DNA from: an uncultured Rivularia sp.
Lineage (GTDB): Bacteria > Cyanobacteriota > Cyanobacteriia > Cyanobacteriales > Nostocaceae
DNA: 64,000 nt
Direction of reading: 5' to 3'
NCBI GenBank assembly: GCA_963665115.1
Contig: OY762007.1
Coordinates: 3,136,001-3,200,000, forward strand
Below the pieces are notes generated by a model. That model did not search any database. It was not told the DNA's origin and was given only the letters and a program-made list of their open reading frames with translations. Below, one piece after another: positions 1-11,404 of the stretch. Positions within the stretch are counted from its first letter, which is position 1; each line of letters begins with the position of its first letter. Made by a program: the position numbers and the translations under genes.

Positions 1-1346
1 AAACCCTGTCCCTTGTAAAATCCAGCTAAACTAGTAAAAGCCAAAAGTAAATTTTTATTGCTGAGTGCATCGGTTAAGTTTTCGGTGACTTCTGTTAAGT
101 GGGGAATAGCTGTTTTTACTGAGTTGATAAAATCTATGGTTGGTGTATCGGGAATTGTTTGAGCAATTTCGATAAAAGTAGTGATAAATGCTTGTTTGAT
201 TTTGTCAATATCAGAATCTACTGTTAATTTTACTTTTAAAAATTCTCGAATTAAGGGATGTATTTTGTAATAATATTCTTCATCTTCTTCCAAACACTGT
301 ACTAAGTGACGTTGGTAAATTTGCTCGATTCCTAACTCAACCACAGATTCATTCCAATTGAGGTGTTGAGTCATGGAATCTGCCCATTCCCAAGCAAAAA
401 TATCGGCTGCAAATAAACTTAATAAACTTGCAATTTGCTGTGTTTGCGGATTCAATTCCACCCAACTAATTTCAAATGCTGCTAAAACCCCACGCTGTGC
501 TGTACTTAGAGTTTTGTACTGAGGATTTAATGCTTCTTGATGCAGTCGCTGCTGTTTCAACTGCTCTAACATTTTCGCTAAGGTGAAATGGGGAGGTTTT
601 TTAACTATATATCGTCCAACTAATTCTATTCCTAATGGTAAATATCCCAACCATTGACATAATTCTTGGGCTGTTGCGAACTCCTTATTTACTTTCTTTT
701 CACCAATAATATTAATTAATAACTGTAATGCTTCTTCTAGTGACAGCACATCGAGGGAAATTTCCTCAATATTAGTGTCAATATTTCGCAATCGAGTTGT
801 CAGCAAAATTCGGAAGCGATTATTTGCGGGAATTATTTCAGAAAACTCTTCTAAATTCGTCACATCATCCAAAACCACCAATACTAAACCCTCGGATGGT
901 TGCCAATTTTGCCAGCACCAAGCTACTTGTTGATGCAGTGTCAACACATTCCCATGAAAATCCTGCTGGGGAACTTCTAAACCCATTTGTAGCTGCACAA
1001 ATTGAATAATCCCCGCTGCTATATTCCCATTTCTGGCATTTAACCAACAAACTCCACCAGGATAATCATTTGTATGTTCCCTAGCATATTTTACCGCTAA
1101 TTCGGTTTTTCCCACACCACCCATTCCCGCAACAGCAGAAATTACTACGGTGTTATTTTTTCGGTGCAATTTTTCATTAATTGTTGCTAATTCTTCACTG
1201 CGTCCGACAAAATGAGGAATACAGGGATAGGGAATATGTTTAATAACAGATACAGTTTTTTGTGGTGGGTATGAAATAAAAGTATTACCTTCAATCTTAT
1301 TATTTCCACTTTGTACATTTATGCCTTGGAAATTTTTTTCTGTCAT
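1..1346 (-). CDS. NB-ARC (STAND) NTPase with TPR repeats (NLR-like receptor) and N-terminal putative amyloid motif; 3' end runs off the window
   Basis: Hand translation of segments in the frame of ATG 1346: MTEKNFQGINVQSGNNKIEGNTF...FVGRSEEL; Walker A GMGGVGKT; Walker B LVLVVLDDV; ILLTTR; GYLPLGIEL (GLPL-like); YKIHPLIREF (MHD-like); TPR-like LAGFYKGQG at the window edge. Absent from the ORF track, apparently because its stop codon lies outside the window. Confidence 0.9.
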   Translation of the reverse strand, partial: MTEKNFQGINVQSGNNKIEGNTFISYPPQKTVSVIKHIPYPCIPHFVGRSEELATINEKLHRKNNTVVISAVAGMGGVGKTELAVKYAREHTNDYPGGVCWLNARNGNIAAGIIQFVQLQMGLEVPQQDFHGNVLTLHQQVAWCWQNWQPSEGLVLVVLDDVTNLEEFSEIIPANNRFRILLTTRLRNIDTNIEEISLDVLSLEEALQLLINIIGEKKVNKEFATAQELCQWLGYLPLGIELVGRYIVKKPPHFTLAKMLEQLKQQRLHQEALNPQYKTLSTAQRGVLAAFEISWVELNPQTQQIASLLSLFAADIFAWEWADSMTQHLNWNESVVELGIEQIYQRHLVQCLEEDEEYYYKIHPLIREFLKVKLTVDSDIDKIKQAFITTFIEIAQTIPDTPTIDFINSVKTAIPHLTEVTENLTDALSNKNLLLAFTSLAGFYKGQG

Positions 1347-1423
1347 TTTAAATAAATTTTAATGATAATTTTAGGACTCATGCACATCGTAATCAATGGT
1401 TTGTTTTTCCTCTAACTGTCGGA

Positions 1424-1447
1424 AGACGTAGCACTGCTACGTCTCTA
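1424..1447. repeat. REP-like palindrome (GACGTAGCACTGCTACGTCTCTAC family)
   Basis: Inverted repeat; near-identical copy at ~2082-2108 and a related copy at ~44091-44117. Confidence 0.7.
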
Positions 1448-1493
1448 CAAACCGTCAGATTTTGTGAGAAAGAGGTTAGGGATAGGTTATGTT

Positions 1494-1916
1494 TTATTTT
1501 CCGAAGCTAAAAGTGTTATTACTAATAGTATTATTTCCACCTTTAATATTTATTCCTTGCCAATTTTCATTAACAATCGTGGGATTTTGCGTTTTTAATT
1601 TCTGAGCTAATTGATTGAAAGCCGTTGCTAATTCTGTATTGTTATTAGCTTTTGCTTCTACTTCTTTACCTAATACTTCCAATGCTTTTTGTAATTTCGG
1701 TTGATTTTTAGCAGTATCCTCCACCATTTCTACTAATACTGCTTCGCCGATATTTTCTCGTTCTTTCGGAGGTAGCGCCAATTTTTCGGCTGTTTCTGGT
1801 GATATTGTCTTAAGTTCCTCAAAAGCGGTATCGTAAGCTTTGCTGATACCCCAATCAATCAACTTTTCACCTAAAAAAAGAAGTAAGGCGATCGCACCAG
1901 TTGTCAAAGGTTCCAT
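1494..1916 (-). CDS. Small helical protein (Bell/HeLo-like effector candidate) with C-terminal N/G-rich putative amyloid motif
   Basis: 140 aa ORF; hydrophobic N-terminal helix MEPLTTGAIALLLFLG; C-terminus NWQGINIKGGNNTISNNTFSFGK matches the N-terminus of the downstream NLR. Confidence 0.75.
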   Translation of the reverse strand: MEPLTTGAIALLLFLGEKLIDWGISKAYDTAFEELKTISPETAEKLALPPKERENIGEAVLVEMVEDTAKNQPKLQKALEVLGKEVEAKANNNTELATAFNQLAQKLKTQNPTIVNENWQGINIKGGNNTISNNTFSFGK

Positions 1917-2223
1917 AAGTAGTTTTAAAAGAAGGTAATTTCACTACATGATACATAGATGAGTATAAATATTCCGTAATATATCAGTAATTATTGAGTA
2001 TTTACCCTGATATGGTAAAAATTTATGTATTCTATTTATGACCAATTACAAAAGTAATTATCGGTGTGAATTGAAATATAGGGAGACGTAGCACTGCTAC
2101 GTCTCTACATAAATGCCGGTTATCTAACAAAATTTTTTCCCTTCCCCATGATGTTGTACGATAAAAAAATATAAAACCCGGTATCTTGACCGAGTTACCG
2201 TAGATTAAAGAGGAAAACAACAG

Positions 2224-3294
2224 ATGGGGCTTTGGCGCTTCGTTGCCCGTTTGACGAAAAGGGGTGGAATCAAAAATTTTGTTTTATTATTTTTGTTGGG
2301 TTTAAGTTTAAGCGTTTCGCTGATATCTTGTAGTGCGTCGAATGCTCAAGATTCTAAACGAGTAGATTTAACGCTGGTTTCCTATGCTGTCACCAAACCA
2401 GCCTATAGAAAAATTATTCCGCAATTTGTGCAGGAGTGGAAGCAAACACACAATCAAACGGTGCGTTTTTACGAAAGTTATGGGGCTTCCGGCGCTCAAA
2501 CCCGTGCTGTAGTTGATGGTTTGGATGCTGATGTGGTGGAGTTGGCTTTGGCTTTGGATATGAAGAGAATTGAAAAAGCTGGGTTGATTCAACCGGGATG
2601 GGAAAATGAAGCGCTTAATAATAGTATTGTGACTCAATCTGTTGCGGCTTTGGTAACTCGTAAAGGTAATCCCAAACAAATAAATAATTGGCAAGATTTA
2701 ACAAAAGACGACGTTAGCGTCATTACCGCAAACCCCAAAACTTCCGGTGTAGCGCGGTGGAATTTCTTGGCTTTATATGGTTCCAAAATAGAAACTGGCG
2801 CAAAAGATGCTCAGGCTTTAGATTTTACTAGCAAAGTTTATCAAAATGTACCAATATTACCCAGAGATGCACGCGAAGCCAGCGATGCATTTTTTAATCA
2901 AGGGCAAGGTGACGTTTTAATTAATTATGAAAACGAATTGATTTTAGCTGGTTTGAAAGGTAAACCGAGTAATTATATTGTCCCCGAAACAAATATTTTG
3001 ATTGAAAATCCCGTTGCGGTAATTGATAAAAATGTAGATAAACATGGCAACCGAGAAGTAGCAGAAGCTTTTGTAGAATATCTATTTACTCCCGCAGCCC
3101 AAAGAGAATTTGCAAAAATTGGATTTCGTCCAGTAAATCAAGTTGTTAAACAAGAATTTGCTGCTAAATATCCTCCTGTAAAAACCTTATTTACCGTCAA
3201 AGAATTAGGTGGTTGGGATAAAGTTCAAAACCAATTTTTTGCTGATAATGCAGCATTTGATGAAATTCAGAAGAAAATTGGAAATGGGGGGTAG
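2224..3294 (+). CDS. sbpA: Sulfate ABC transporter substrate-binding protein
   Basis: Lipoprotein-like signal; SYGASGAQTRAVVDGL and NPKTSGVARWNFLA motifs; followed by cysT and cysW. Confidence 0.93.
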   Translation: MGLWRFVARLTKRGGIKNFVLLFLLGLSLSVSLISCSASNAQDSKRVDLTLVSYAVTKPAYRKIIPQFVQEWKQTHNQTVRFYESYGASGAQTRAVVDGLDADVVELALALDMKRIEKAGLIQPGWENEALNNSIVTQSVAALVTRKGNPKQINNWQDLTKDDVSVITANPKTSGVARWNFLALYGSKIETGAKDAQALDFTSKVYQNVPILPRDAREASDAFFNQGQGDVLINYENELILAGLKGKPSNYIVPETNILIENPVAVIDKNVDKHGNREVAEAFVEYLFTPAAQREFAKIGFRPVNQVVKQEFAAKYPPVKTLFTVKELGGWDKVQNQFFADNAAFDEIQKKIGNGG

Positions 3295-3572
3295 AGGGGG
3301 AGAGGGGATAGAGGGGGGAGAGGGGGAAGAGGGGGGAGAGGGGGTAGAGGGGGAACATCCCAAATGTTTGAATTTGTAGTGCGAGCATCTTGCTCGCTAT
3401 ATATCCAAGGAACAAGATGCCCCCACTACAGTTGTTTTTATAACCCCTAACCCTTAAATCCTAACTCCTAACTCTTAACTCCCTACTCCCTACTCTTAAC
3501 TCCCTACTCTCTACTCCCTACTCCCTACTCCTAAGTGATAATTGATAATTGATAATTGATAATTGATAACTG
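3286..3572. repeat. Low-complexity STRR tracts (GGGGAGAGG 9-mers; CTAACTC/CTACTCC and GATAATT heptamers)
   Basis: Tandem short repeats directly visible. Confidence 0.85.
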
Positions 3573-4434
3573 ATGAGCGTTGCACAATCTAATTTTCAAA
3601 ATCCGAAATCTAAAATCCAAAATCCAAAATCCAAAATTCCTCAATTCTCTTTGCCTTGGGGAATTACTATTGGTTATCTAACTATTATGCTGTTGCTTCC
3701 GGTGACAGCTTTAGTTTTACAAGCTTCTCAGGTGGGGTTAAGCGAGTTTTGGCGGATTGCTACTAGCGCGATCGCACTTTCTGCTTACAATGTCACTTTT
3801 GTGACTGCGTTGGTGGCAACTGCTGTTAATGGTGCTTTTGGTTTATTAATTGCTTGGGTACTTGTGAGATATGACTTTCCGCTGAAGCGTTTTGTTGATG
3901 CGGCGATCGATCTACCTTTTGCTTTGCCCACGGCGGTAGCAGGTTTAACTTTAGCTAATGTCTATTCTGAGAATGGCTGGATTGGCTCTTTGCTTGCACC
4001 GTTGGGTATTAAAGTTGCTTTCAGTCGCTTTGGTGTGTTTGTGGCAATGCTGTTTATTTCGCTACCATTTATCGTGCGAGCGTTGCAGCCTGTGTTGCAA
4101 GAAATGGAACACGATACAGAAGAAGCGGCTTGGAGTCTGGGAGCGTCGAAGTTTCAAACTTTTTGGCAAGTAATTTTTCCACCTTTATTTCCAGCTTTGT
4201 TAACAGGTATTGCTTTAGGCTTTTCTCGTGCTGTCGGAGAGTACGGTTTCGATTGTAATTATCTCTTCAAATATTGCGTTCAAAGATTTAATTGCATCGG
4301 TGTTAATTTTTCAACGTTTGGAACAATATGATTACGCTGGTGCAACTGTAATTGGAACTGTACTTTTAGGAATTTCGCTGTTAATTTTATTAGCAATTAA
4401 CTTATTACAAGCTTGGGGAAAGAGGTATCAATAA
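3573..4434 (+). CDS. cysT: Sulfate ABC transporter permease CysT (apparent +1 frameshift at ~4247-4249)
   Basis: [13 protein letters not shown] and EEAAWSLGA motifs; ORFs 3573-4331 and 4228-4434 join as [12 protein letters not shown] if one T is removed. Confidence 0.9.
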
Positions 4435-4552
4435 TTAATGGGGGATTGGGCATTGGTAATGGGTAATAGGTAATTGGTAATTATTAACTATTAATTTCTA
4501 ACTTTTCTTACTATTAACTAACAACTAACAACTATTATTTAATAAATATTGT

Positions 4553-5353
4553 ATGACTAAAAGACTTTTAATTGTCAGTGCTATTACTTACTTAGGATTG
4601 GTATTAATTATTCCGGCTGTAAATGTTTTTTATCAAGCTTTTAAAGGTGGTATTGGAGAGTTTTTAGGTTATCTGACGACTGATGATTTTCTGAGCGCGG
4701 TAGGGCTTACTTTACTTATTGCTTTGATTGTGGTGCCAGTAAATGCTGTATTCGGACTTTGTGCTGCTTGGGTTTTGGCTCGCAATCGCTTCCCCGGAAG
4801 GGCTTTTGTAATGAGTATTTTGGATGTCCCTTTTTCTGTCTCCCCGGTGGTTGCTGGTTTAATGATGATTTTGCTTTACGGGCAGAATGGTTGGTTTGGA
4901 GGAATATTGTCAGCGATTAATTTTAAGGTTATTTTCGCTTTTCCGGGAATGGTTTTAGCAACTGCTTTCGTAACGATGCCTTTTGTGGCAAGGGAAGTAA
5001 TTCCGGTTTTGGAGGAAATCGGTTCTTCTCAAGAGGAAGCTGCAAGTACTTTGGGTGCGAGTCAATGGCAAACTTTTTGGCGGGTAACTCTACCAAATAT
5101 CCGCTGGGGTTTGCTTTATGGTTTAATTTTGACTAATGCTAGAGCAATGGGTGAATTTGGAGCGATATCTGTGGTATCTGGCAATATTATTCGTAAAACT
5201 CAAACTTTACCGCTGTTTGTAGAGCAAGCTTATAAGCAATATGAAACGGAAACGGCTTTTGCTGCTGCGGTGCTACTTGCTTGTTTGGGGTTCGTCACCC
5301 TGGTTTTAAAAGAAATTTTGGAACGGAAGACGGCAGCGAGCAGCGAGCAGTGA
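4553..5353 (+). CDS. cysW: Sulfate ABC transporter permease CysW
   Basis: PFSVSPVVAGL, EEAASTLGA and ARAMGEFGA motifs. Confidence 0.93.
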   Translation: MTKRLLIVSAITYLGLVLIIPAVNVFYQAFKGGIGEFLGYLTTDDFLSAVGLTLLIALIVVPVNAVFGLCAAWVLARNRFPGRAFVMSILDVPFSVSPVVAGLMMILLYGQNGWFGGILSAINFKVIFAFPGMVLATAFVTMPFVAREVIPVLEEIGSSQEEAASTLGASQWQTFWRVTLPNIRWGLLYGLILTNARAMGEFGAISVVSGNIIRKTQTLPLFVEQAYKQYETETAFAAAVLLACLGFVTLVLKEILERKTAASSEQ

Positions 5354-5664
5354 ACAGTTAATAGTTAACAGCCAACAATTATCAATTATCAATGCAAAGT
5401 AAACGGTGAATGGCGATCGCGCTAATTATAGGAGATCCAAACCCAATCATTCTCGATCGATCGTGCCCGTGAGGTGCTGATAATTGACAATTGTTAATTG
5501 ATAACTGCTTATTTGTGCAAGGAATATTAGTTAACTTTTGATTAAGTTATTCTGGACTTTAGATTAGTAATTTTAATCTAAAATCTGTCTTGCAAAGTTG
5601 GGGGTGTCGGTTTCCGTCCCCCAAACTTTCCGCAAAAATCCAAAATCCAAAATCTAAAATGGAT

Positions 5665-6345
5665 TTATGCCATTTGATTTTCAATCGCCCAACGGGCTAA
5701 TTCGGTGCGATTGTGGAGGTTGGTTTTACCCAACATATTGGAAACGTGGCTTTCAACGGTACGCTGGGAGACGTTTAATTCTTCAGCGATTTCTCTGTTA
5801 GCCATACCTCTAGCCACAAACTGCACTACTTTTAGTTCTGTTGGAGTTAGTTGAACATCAAAGGGTACTTGGATGCGAGAACCGTTTTCGCCTCCCTTGG
5901 CTTGATGTTCTTTCCAACGAATGGTTTGTTTGAGCGAGGATTCAACTTGGGCTACGAGTTCTTCTGGTTCAAAGGGCTTGACCATATATACATCAGCACC
6001 TTTATTTAAACCTTTCACTCTATCTGAGCTTTGTCCCTTTGCAGAAAGGAAGAGAACAGGTATCCAACTGGTGCGTTCTGTTTGTCGGACTTGTTCTACA
6101 AAGGTGTAACCGTCCATTTCCGGCATCATCACGTCGCAAATAATCATGTCTGGAATGTCTAGCTCTAATATTTCCAGAGCTTCCCGACCATTTTCGGCAG
6201 TGACGACTTCATATCCTCGGAATTCTAAGTAGTCTTTTACCAGCAAGATGAGATTAGGGTCATCATCTATGAGCAGTAAGCGTTTATGATCTTTCATGCT
6301 GGGTTCTTTCATAGCAGTGGCACTTGTTGCGCGTAGATCCATCAA
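5665..6345 (-). CDS. ycf29: NarL/LuxR-family response regulator, probably Rre1/Ycf29
   Basis: REC domain (LLLIDDD, CDVMMP, KPF) plus LuxR HTH (LTPTE...NREIAEEL); divergent from groES. Orthology assigned from recalled similarity only. Confidence 0.7.
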   Translation of the reverse strand: MMDLRATSATAMKEPSMKDHKRLLLIDDDPNLILLVKDYLEFRGYEVVTAENGREALEILELDIPDMIICDVMMPEMDGYTFVEQVRQTERTSWIPVLFLSAKGQSSDRVKGLNKGADVYMVKPFEPEELVAQVESSLKQTIRWKEHQAKGGENGSRIQVPFDVQLTPTELKVVQFVARGMANREIAEELNVSQRTVESHVSNMLGKTNLHNRTELARWAIENQMA

Positions 6346-7312
6346 GGTCTTGAATAGTTATCCTAATTGGTGGATGATTGAGATGTTGTCCTTTTTTTTT
6401 CACTTACCTTGCCTTTCTATTGGTGGAACTCTCAAAGGAGATTATCCCCTCCATCGAGATTTCAGCATCAACTTGGCCGAGCCACAGTAAGGATACGTAG
6501 AGCAATAGTATCTATAATGCGCTATTATATATCGCTTTGAAAGGTGCGGGTTAAAAACATTCCATAAAATAATAATCCTTTCATGTTCATTCCTGTCAGT
6601 ATTGGGCGAACATACCGATGAATGAAAATAACCCGCGCCTCATCTATTTTTCTGCTTTTACGTATCCAACTTAATGCTCCCCTCTCGTTTAAGATTTTAT
6701 TTCTTATTCAGAGAAGCCTTTATGGTAAGGAAAGAATAAAAAGTATCGGTTAGCAAACAATTTGTAAACTTCCAGGGCGTTCTGTTAAGACGCGTTCAAT
6801 TACTCAGGGGATAAAGGAGTAGTTACCACCTTCCAAAGGCGGGGTAAGCTACTATTATTGTTCTAGAACAACCGCTCCCGCAAGTAGTTGGTTTTTGTTT
6901 ATCAGAAACCGTCGCCGGTTCTTCCACTTGTACAGAGTCCATTTTGAGCTTAAATAGTCACTTTTTCAAGTATTTCTAAAACTAAAACTAGCAAGACGAG
7001 AAGCAGAAATTAGAAATTAAAGCTTAATTTCATAGAAATACACGTAGTTGAATTTTTGACAACCCCAAAGTTTCTGTATAGTTTCTAAGCTGTTTGTAGG
7101 GTTCTTTGCTAGTTGTTTTTGGTACTTGAACGCTCGAATGAAACACTGCATCATCACGCATTTAACGGCTTCCTTTTTTCTGTTCTATAACAATTTCTTG
7201 GCTTTGCAAATAATGGCGAGCCATATCAAACTCTTCTTCGGAAGTTACATAAAACCCGAACACAAGAGTGAAATTGAGCATTTATACTTAAGTAGACCCA
7301 TATGAAAGCTTA

Positions 7313-7328
7313 GTTCGGGAACCCGTAC
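7313..7328 (+). promoter_or_regulatory. K-box upstream of groESL
   Basis: GTTCGG-GAAC-CCGTAC fits the cyanobacterial consensus GTTCGG-NNAN-CCNNAC. Confidence 0.8.
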
Positions 7329-7367
7329 TCTATGAAACGTTGCCATTACACGTCTGGCTTCGCTAAA

Positions 7368-7394
7368 TTAGCACTCAGGAGTCGAGAGTGCTAA
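7368..7394 (+). promoter_or_regulatory. CIRCE element (HrcA operator)
   Basis: Perfect TTAGCACTC-N9-GAGTGCTAA, 16 nt before the groES ATG. Confidence 0.97.
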
Positions 7395-7410
7395 GAAGGC
7401 AAAAAAAGTT

Positions 7411-7722
7411 ATGGCAGCTGTATCTTTAAGCGTTTCTACAGTAAAACCTTTGGGCGATCGCGTTTTCGTGAAAGTCAACGCATCGGAAGAAAAGACCGCT
7501 GGTGGTCTATACTTGCCCGATACTGCAAAGGAAAAGCCTCAAGTAGGTGAAGTAGTAGCAGTCGGCGACGGTAAGATGAAGGATGACGGTGGTCGTCAGT
7601 CGGTGGATGTAAAGGTTGGGGACAAAGTTCTTTACTCCAAGTATGCTGGCACCGATATCAAGTTGGGTACCGACGAGTATGTACTGCTTTCTGAGAAGGA
7701 TATTCTAGCGATTGTTAGTTAG
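7411..7722 (+). CDS. groES: Co-chaperonin GroES
   Basis: [31 protein letters not shown]. Confidence 0.98.
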   Translation: MAAVSLSVSTVKPLGDRVFVKVNASEEKTAGGLYLPDTAKEKPQVGEVVAVGDGKMKDDGGRQSVDVKVGDKVLYSKYAGTDIKLGTDEYVLLSEKDILAIVS

Positions 7723-8010
7723 TAGCTAGTCGTTAGTTGGACGGTTGGACGGTTGAGAACAACTAGTAAGAAAGAACTAACCGAAAAAATTTTAGATTTT
7801 AGATTTTGGATTGAATTAGGAATGGTTTCAAGCAAGAGCATTTCAAGTATGAAATCATTGCTCCGTCGCTATTCTCACATCATCAAGCCCCTGAATTTAT
7901 TCACGGTTTGATAAAGATAATCCAAAATCGTAAATCCAAAATCCAAAATTGATTAACGGGCAATAAATAACAACATTTTTTTACAGAAAGTAAGCGAAAG
8001 GTACAAGTAG

Positions 8011-9652
<1,642 letters not shown>

Positions 9653-9712
9653 GTCGAAGAAAGCTTACTGAAACGTTAATTTACGTTAACTGAATAAAAC
9701 CCCTATTCTTGT

Positions 9713-9744
9713 AAACAGTCGTCTCTTAGAGATGGCTGTTTTTT
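9713..9744 (+). terminator. Rho-independent terminator after groEL
   Basis: AAACAGTCGTCTC-TTA-GAGATGGCTGTTT followed by a T-run. Confidence 0.75.
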
Positions 9745-9777
9745 CAGTGAACAGTGAGCAGTGAACAGTTAAGAACC

Positions 9778-9800
9778 TCACTCTCCTTATCAAAGAGGGA
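9778..9800. repeat. Dispersed palindrome family CTCTCCTT-N3-AAGGAGAG
   Basis: Related copies at ~17054, ~29216, ~30094 and ~30135. Confidence 0.65.
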
Positions 9801-10107
9801 ACGATGATAGAGTTAAAACCTATTCTCCTCAACGCAAAACTGGTATATTCGGTAATTTTCATTAAATAATTTATTGTTTTGTGAAGATGGAGGTTTATAT
9901 AGGAATGCATATTGCTGGGTGGAATAAATTATGGTTTCTGTTTTTGCAACCATGAAAGAAAAATATATGAATTCTGATAGCGATATGCGAAAAGTAACGC
10001 ATATAAAATGCAATTTGCTTCCTTTTTGCATTAAAAGAACTATTGTACTAGCTATTGAGTTAAGCTTATTTTACGGATGCTTTTGATGTAAAAAATAATT
10101 TGTAGCG

Positions 10108-11370
10108 ATGTCAGAATTAATAGATGCTTTAGATAGAATTGTAAATTGGTTGGAAAAACATCCTTCTGAAAAATACGCTTCTGTAGATGTTTTGCAACCG
10201 GGATTAAGCTATGAGGAAATTGAGAGAAGAGTTGGTGATTTACCTTTTAAGTTACCGGAGGAAGTGTATGAGCTTTATCAATGGAGAAATGGGACTTTTG
10301 AGGGTGAGGAAGAAAGAGCGCAATTTTTTAATGGTTTGACTTTTCTATCTTTGGAAGCAGCTTTGGATAAATATAGTGAACTACTTGAAGAAGCTGAAGA
10401 GTTTATAGAAACCGATGATTGCTTTATAGAAGACAAAGATTACAGTGATAAATCCGATTTTTGGGATGTTATGTGGTTCCCTTTATTTTGCTCGATATTT
10501 ATTGATGAACCCAGTTTTTACTTAGTCAAAGGTGATAGTGAAGGAAATATATATCCCAATATATTTTATGCCAATTCATATGATTATCATTGTAGGGAGT
10601 TTAATAATCTTACAGAGATGATGCTGTTGATAGCAAAAAGTTATGAATCAAAAAATGATTTAAAAATAAATAAACCAGCAGCAAGCTATTTTTATCAAAT
10701 GTCATCATCTCAACCTATGGCAGAATTAAATAATGCTTTAGATAGAATTTTAATTTATTTGGAAGAACATGAAAATTTAAATAGTGCTCGTTTTGAATCT
10801 TTACAACTTGGACTTAGCTATGAAGAAATTATAGAAAAAACTCAAGATTTACCTTTTTGTTTACCTAGAGAAGCTATCGAACTTTATCAATGGGATAATG
10901 GTACTTGGAAGGAAGAAGAAGCTCATGGGTGTTTCTTTTCTAAGAATCATATATTTATTTCATTAGAATCAGCTTTAGCAATATATAATTTGTATGCGAA
11001 ATCATGGTTAGAATCTGGGTATAGAATCAATTTTTCATATTTGAATGATGATACTTTAAGATGGCGAAATTATATTTGGAATCAAAGATGGTTTCCTATT
11101 ATGCAGGATATGGATGAGCAAGGTTTAATTGTAGTAGTACTGGATAAGGAACAGAAAGAAAAAACACCAGTATTAGATATTTTTTGGGAAGACTTTGATG
11201 GTGAACCCGATGTTATTTATCCAAGTCTTACTAAAATGATTCAAGCAGAAGCAGAAATATATGAGGCTGGATATTATTTAGCAGATAAAAATAGAGCAAT
11301 TGATTGCGAAGCAGTAAAATGTATTCGCCAAAAATATCAAGATATACCGATGAGAATTTGGCGGGAGTAG
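10108..11370 (+). CDS. Tandem two-domain SMI1/KNR4 (SUKH) family protein
   Basis: Two repeats of L-x-x-ALDRI...LQ-x-GLSYEEI...LPF-x-LP-x-E-x-x-ELYQW-x-NG...WFP. Confidence 0.8.
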   Translation: MSELIDALDRIVNWLEKHPSEKYASVDVLQPGLSYEEIERRVGDLPFKLPEEVYELYQWRNGTFEGEEERAQFFNGLTFLSLEAALDKYSELLEEAEEFIETDDCFIEDKDYSDKSDFWDVMWFPLFCSIFIDEPSFYLVKGDSEGNIYPNIFYANSYDYHCREFNNLTEMMLLIAKSYESKNDLKINKPAASYFYQMSSSQPMAELNNALDRILIYLEEHENLNSARFESLQLGLSYEEIIEKTQDLPFCLPREAIELYQWDNGTWKEEEAHGCFFSKNHIFISLESALAIYNLYAKSWLESGYRINFSYLNDDTLRWRNYIWNQRWFPIMQDMDEQGLIVVVLDKEQKEKTPVLDIFWEDFDGEPDVIYPSLTKMIQAEAEIYEAGYYLADKNRAIDCEAVKCIRQKYQDIPMRIWRE

Positions 11371-11404
11371 AATTGAGCTTTGCATAAATTATATAAATAA
11401 TAAA

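Noticed and set aside
797..1050. Short ORFs 797-1009 (+) and 865-1050 (-), plus the many other 60-155 aa ORFs overlapping long genes
   Set aside because: Shadow ORFs antisense or out of frame to well-supported genes (here the NB-ARC gene).
3197..3415. ORF with PLSPLYPLSP repeats, and similar ORFs at 38371-38601 and 22019-22210
   Set aside because: Translations of STRR/low-complexity repeats, not credible genes.
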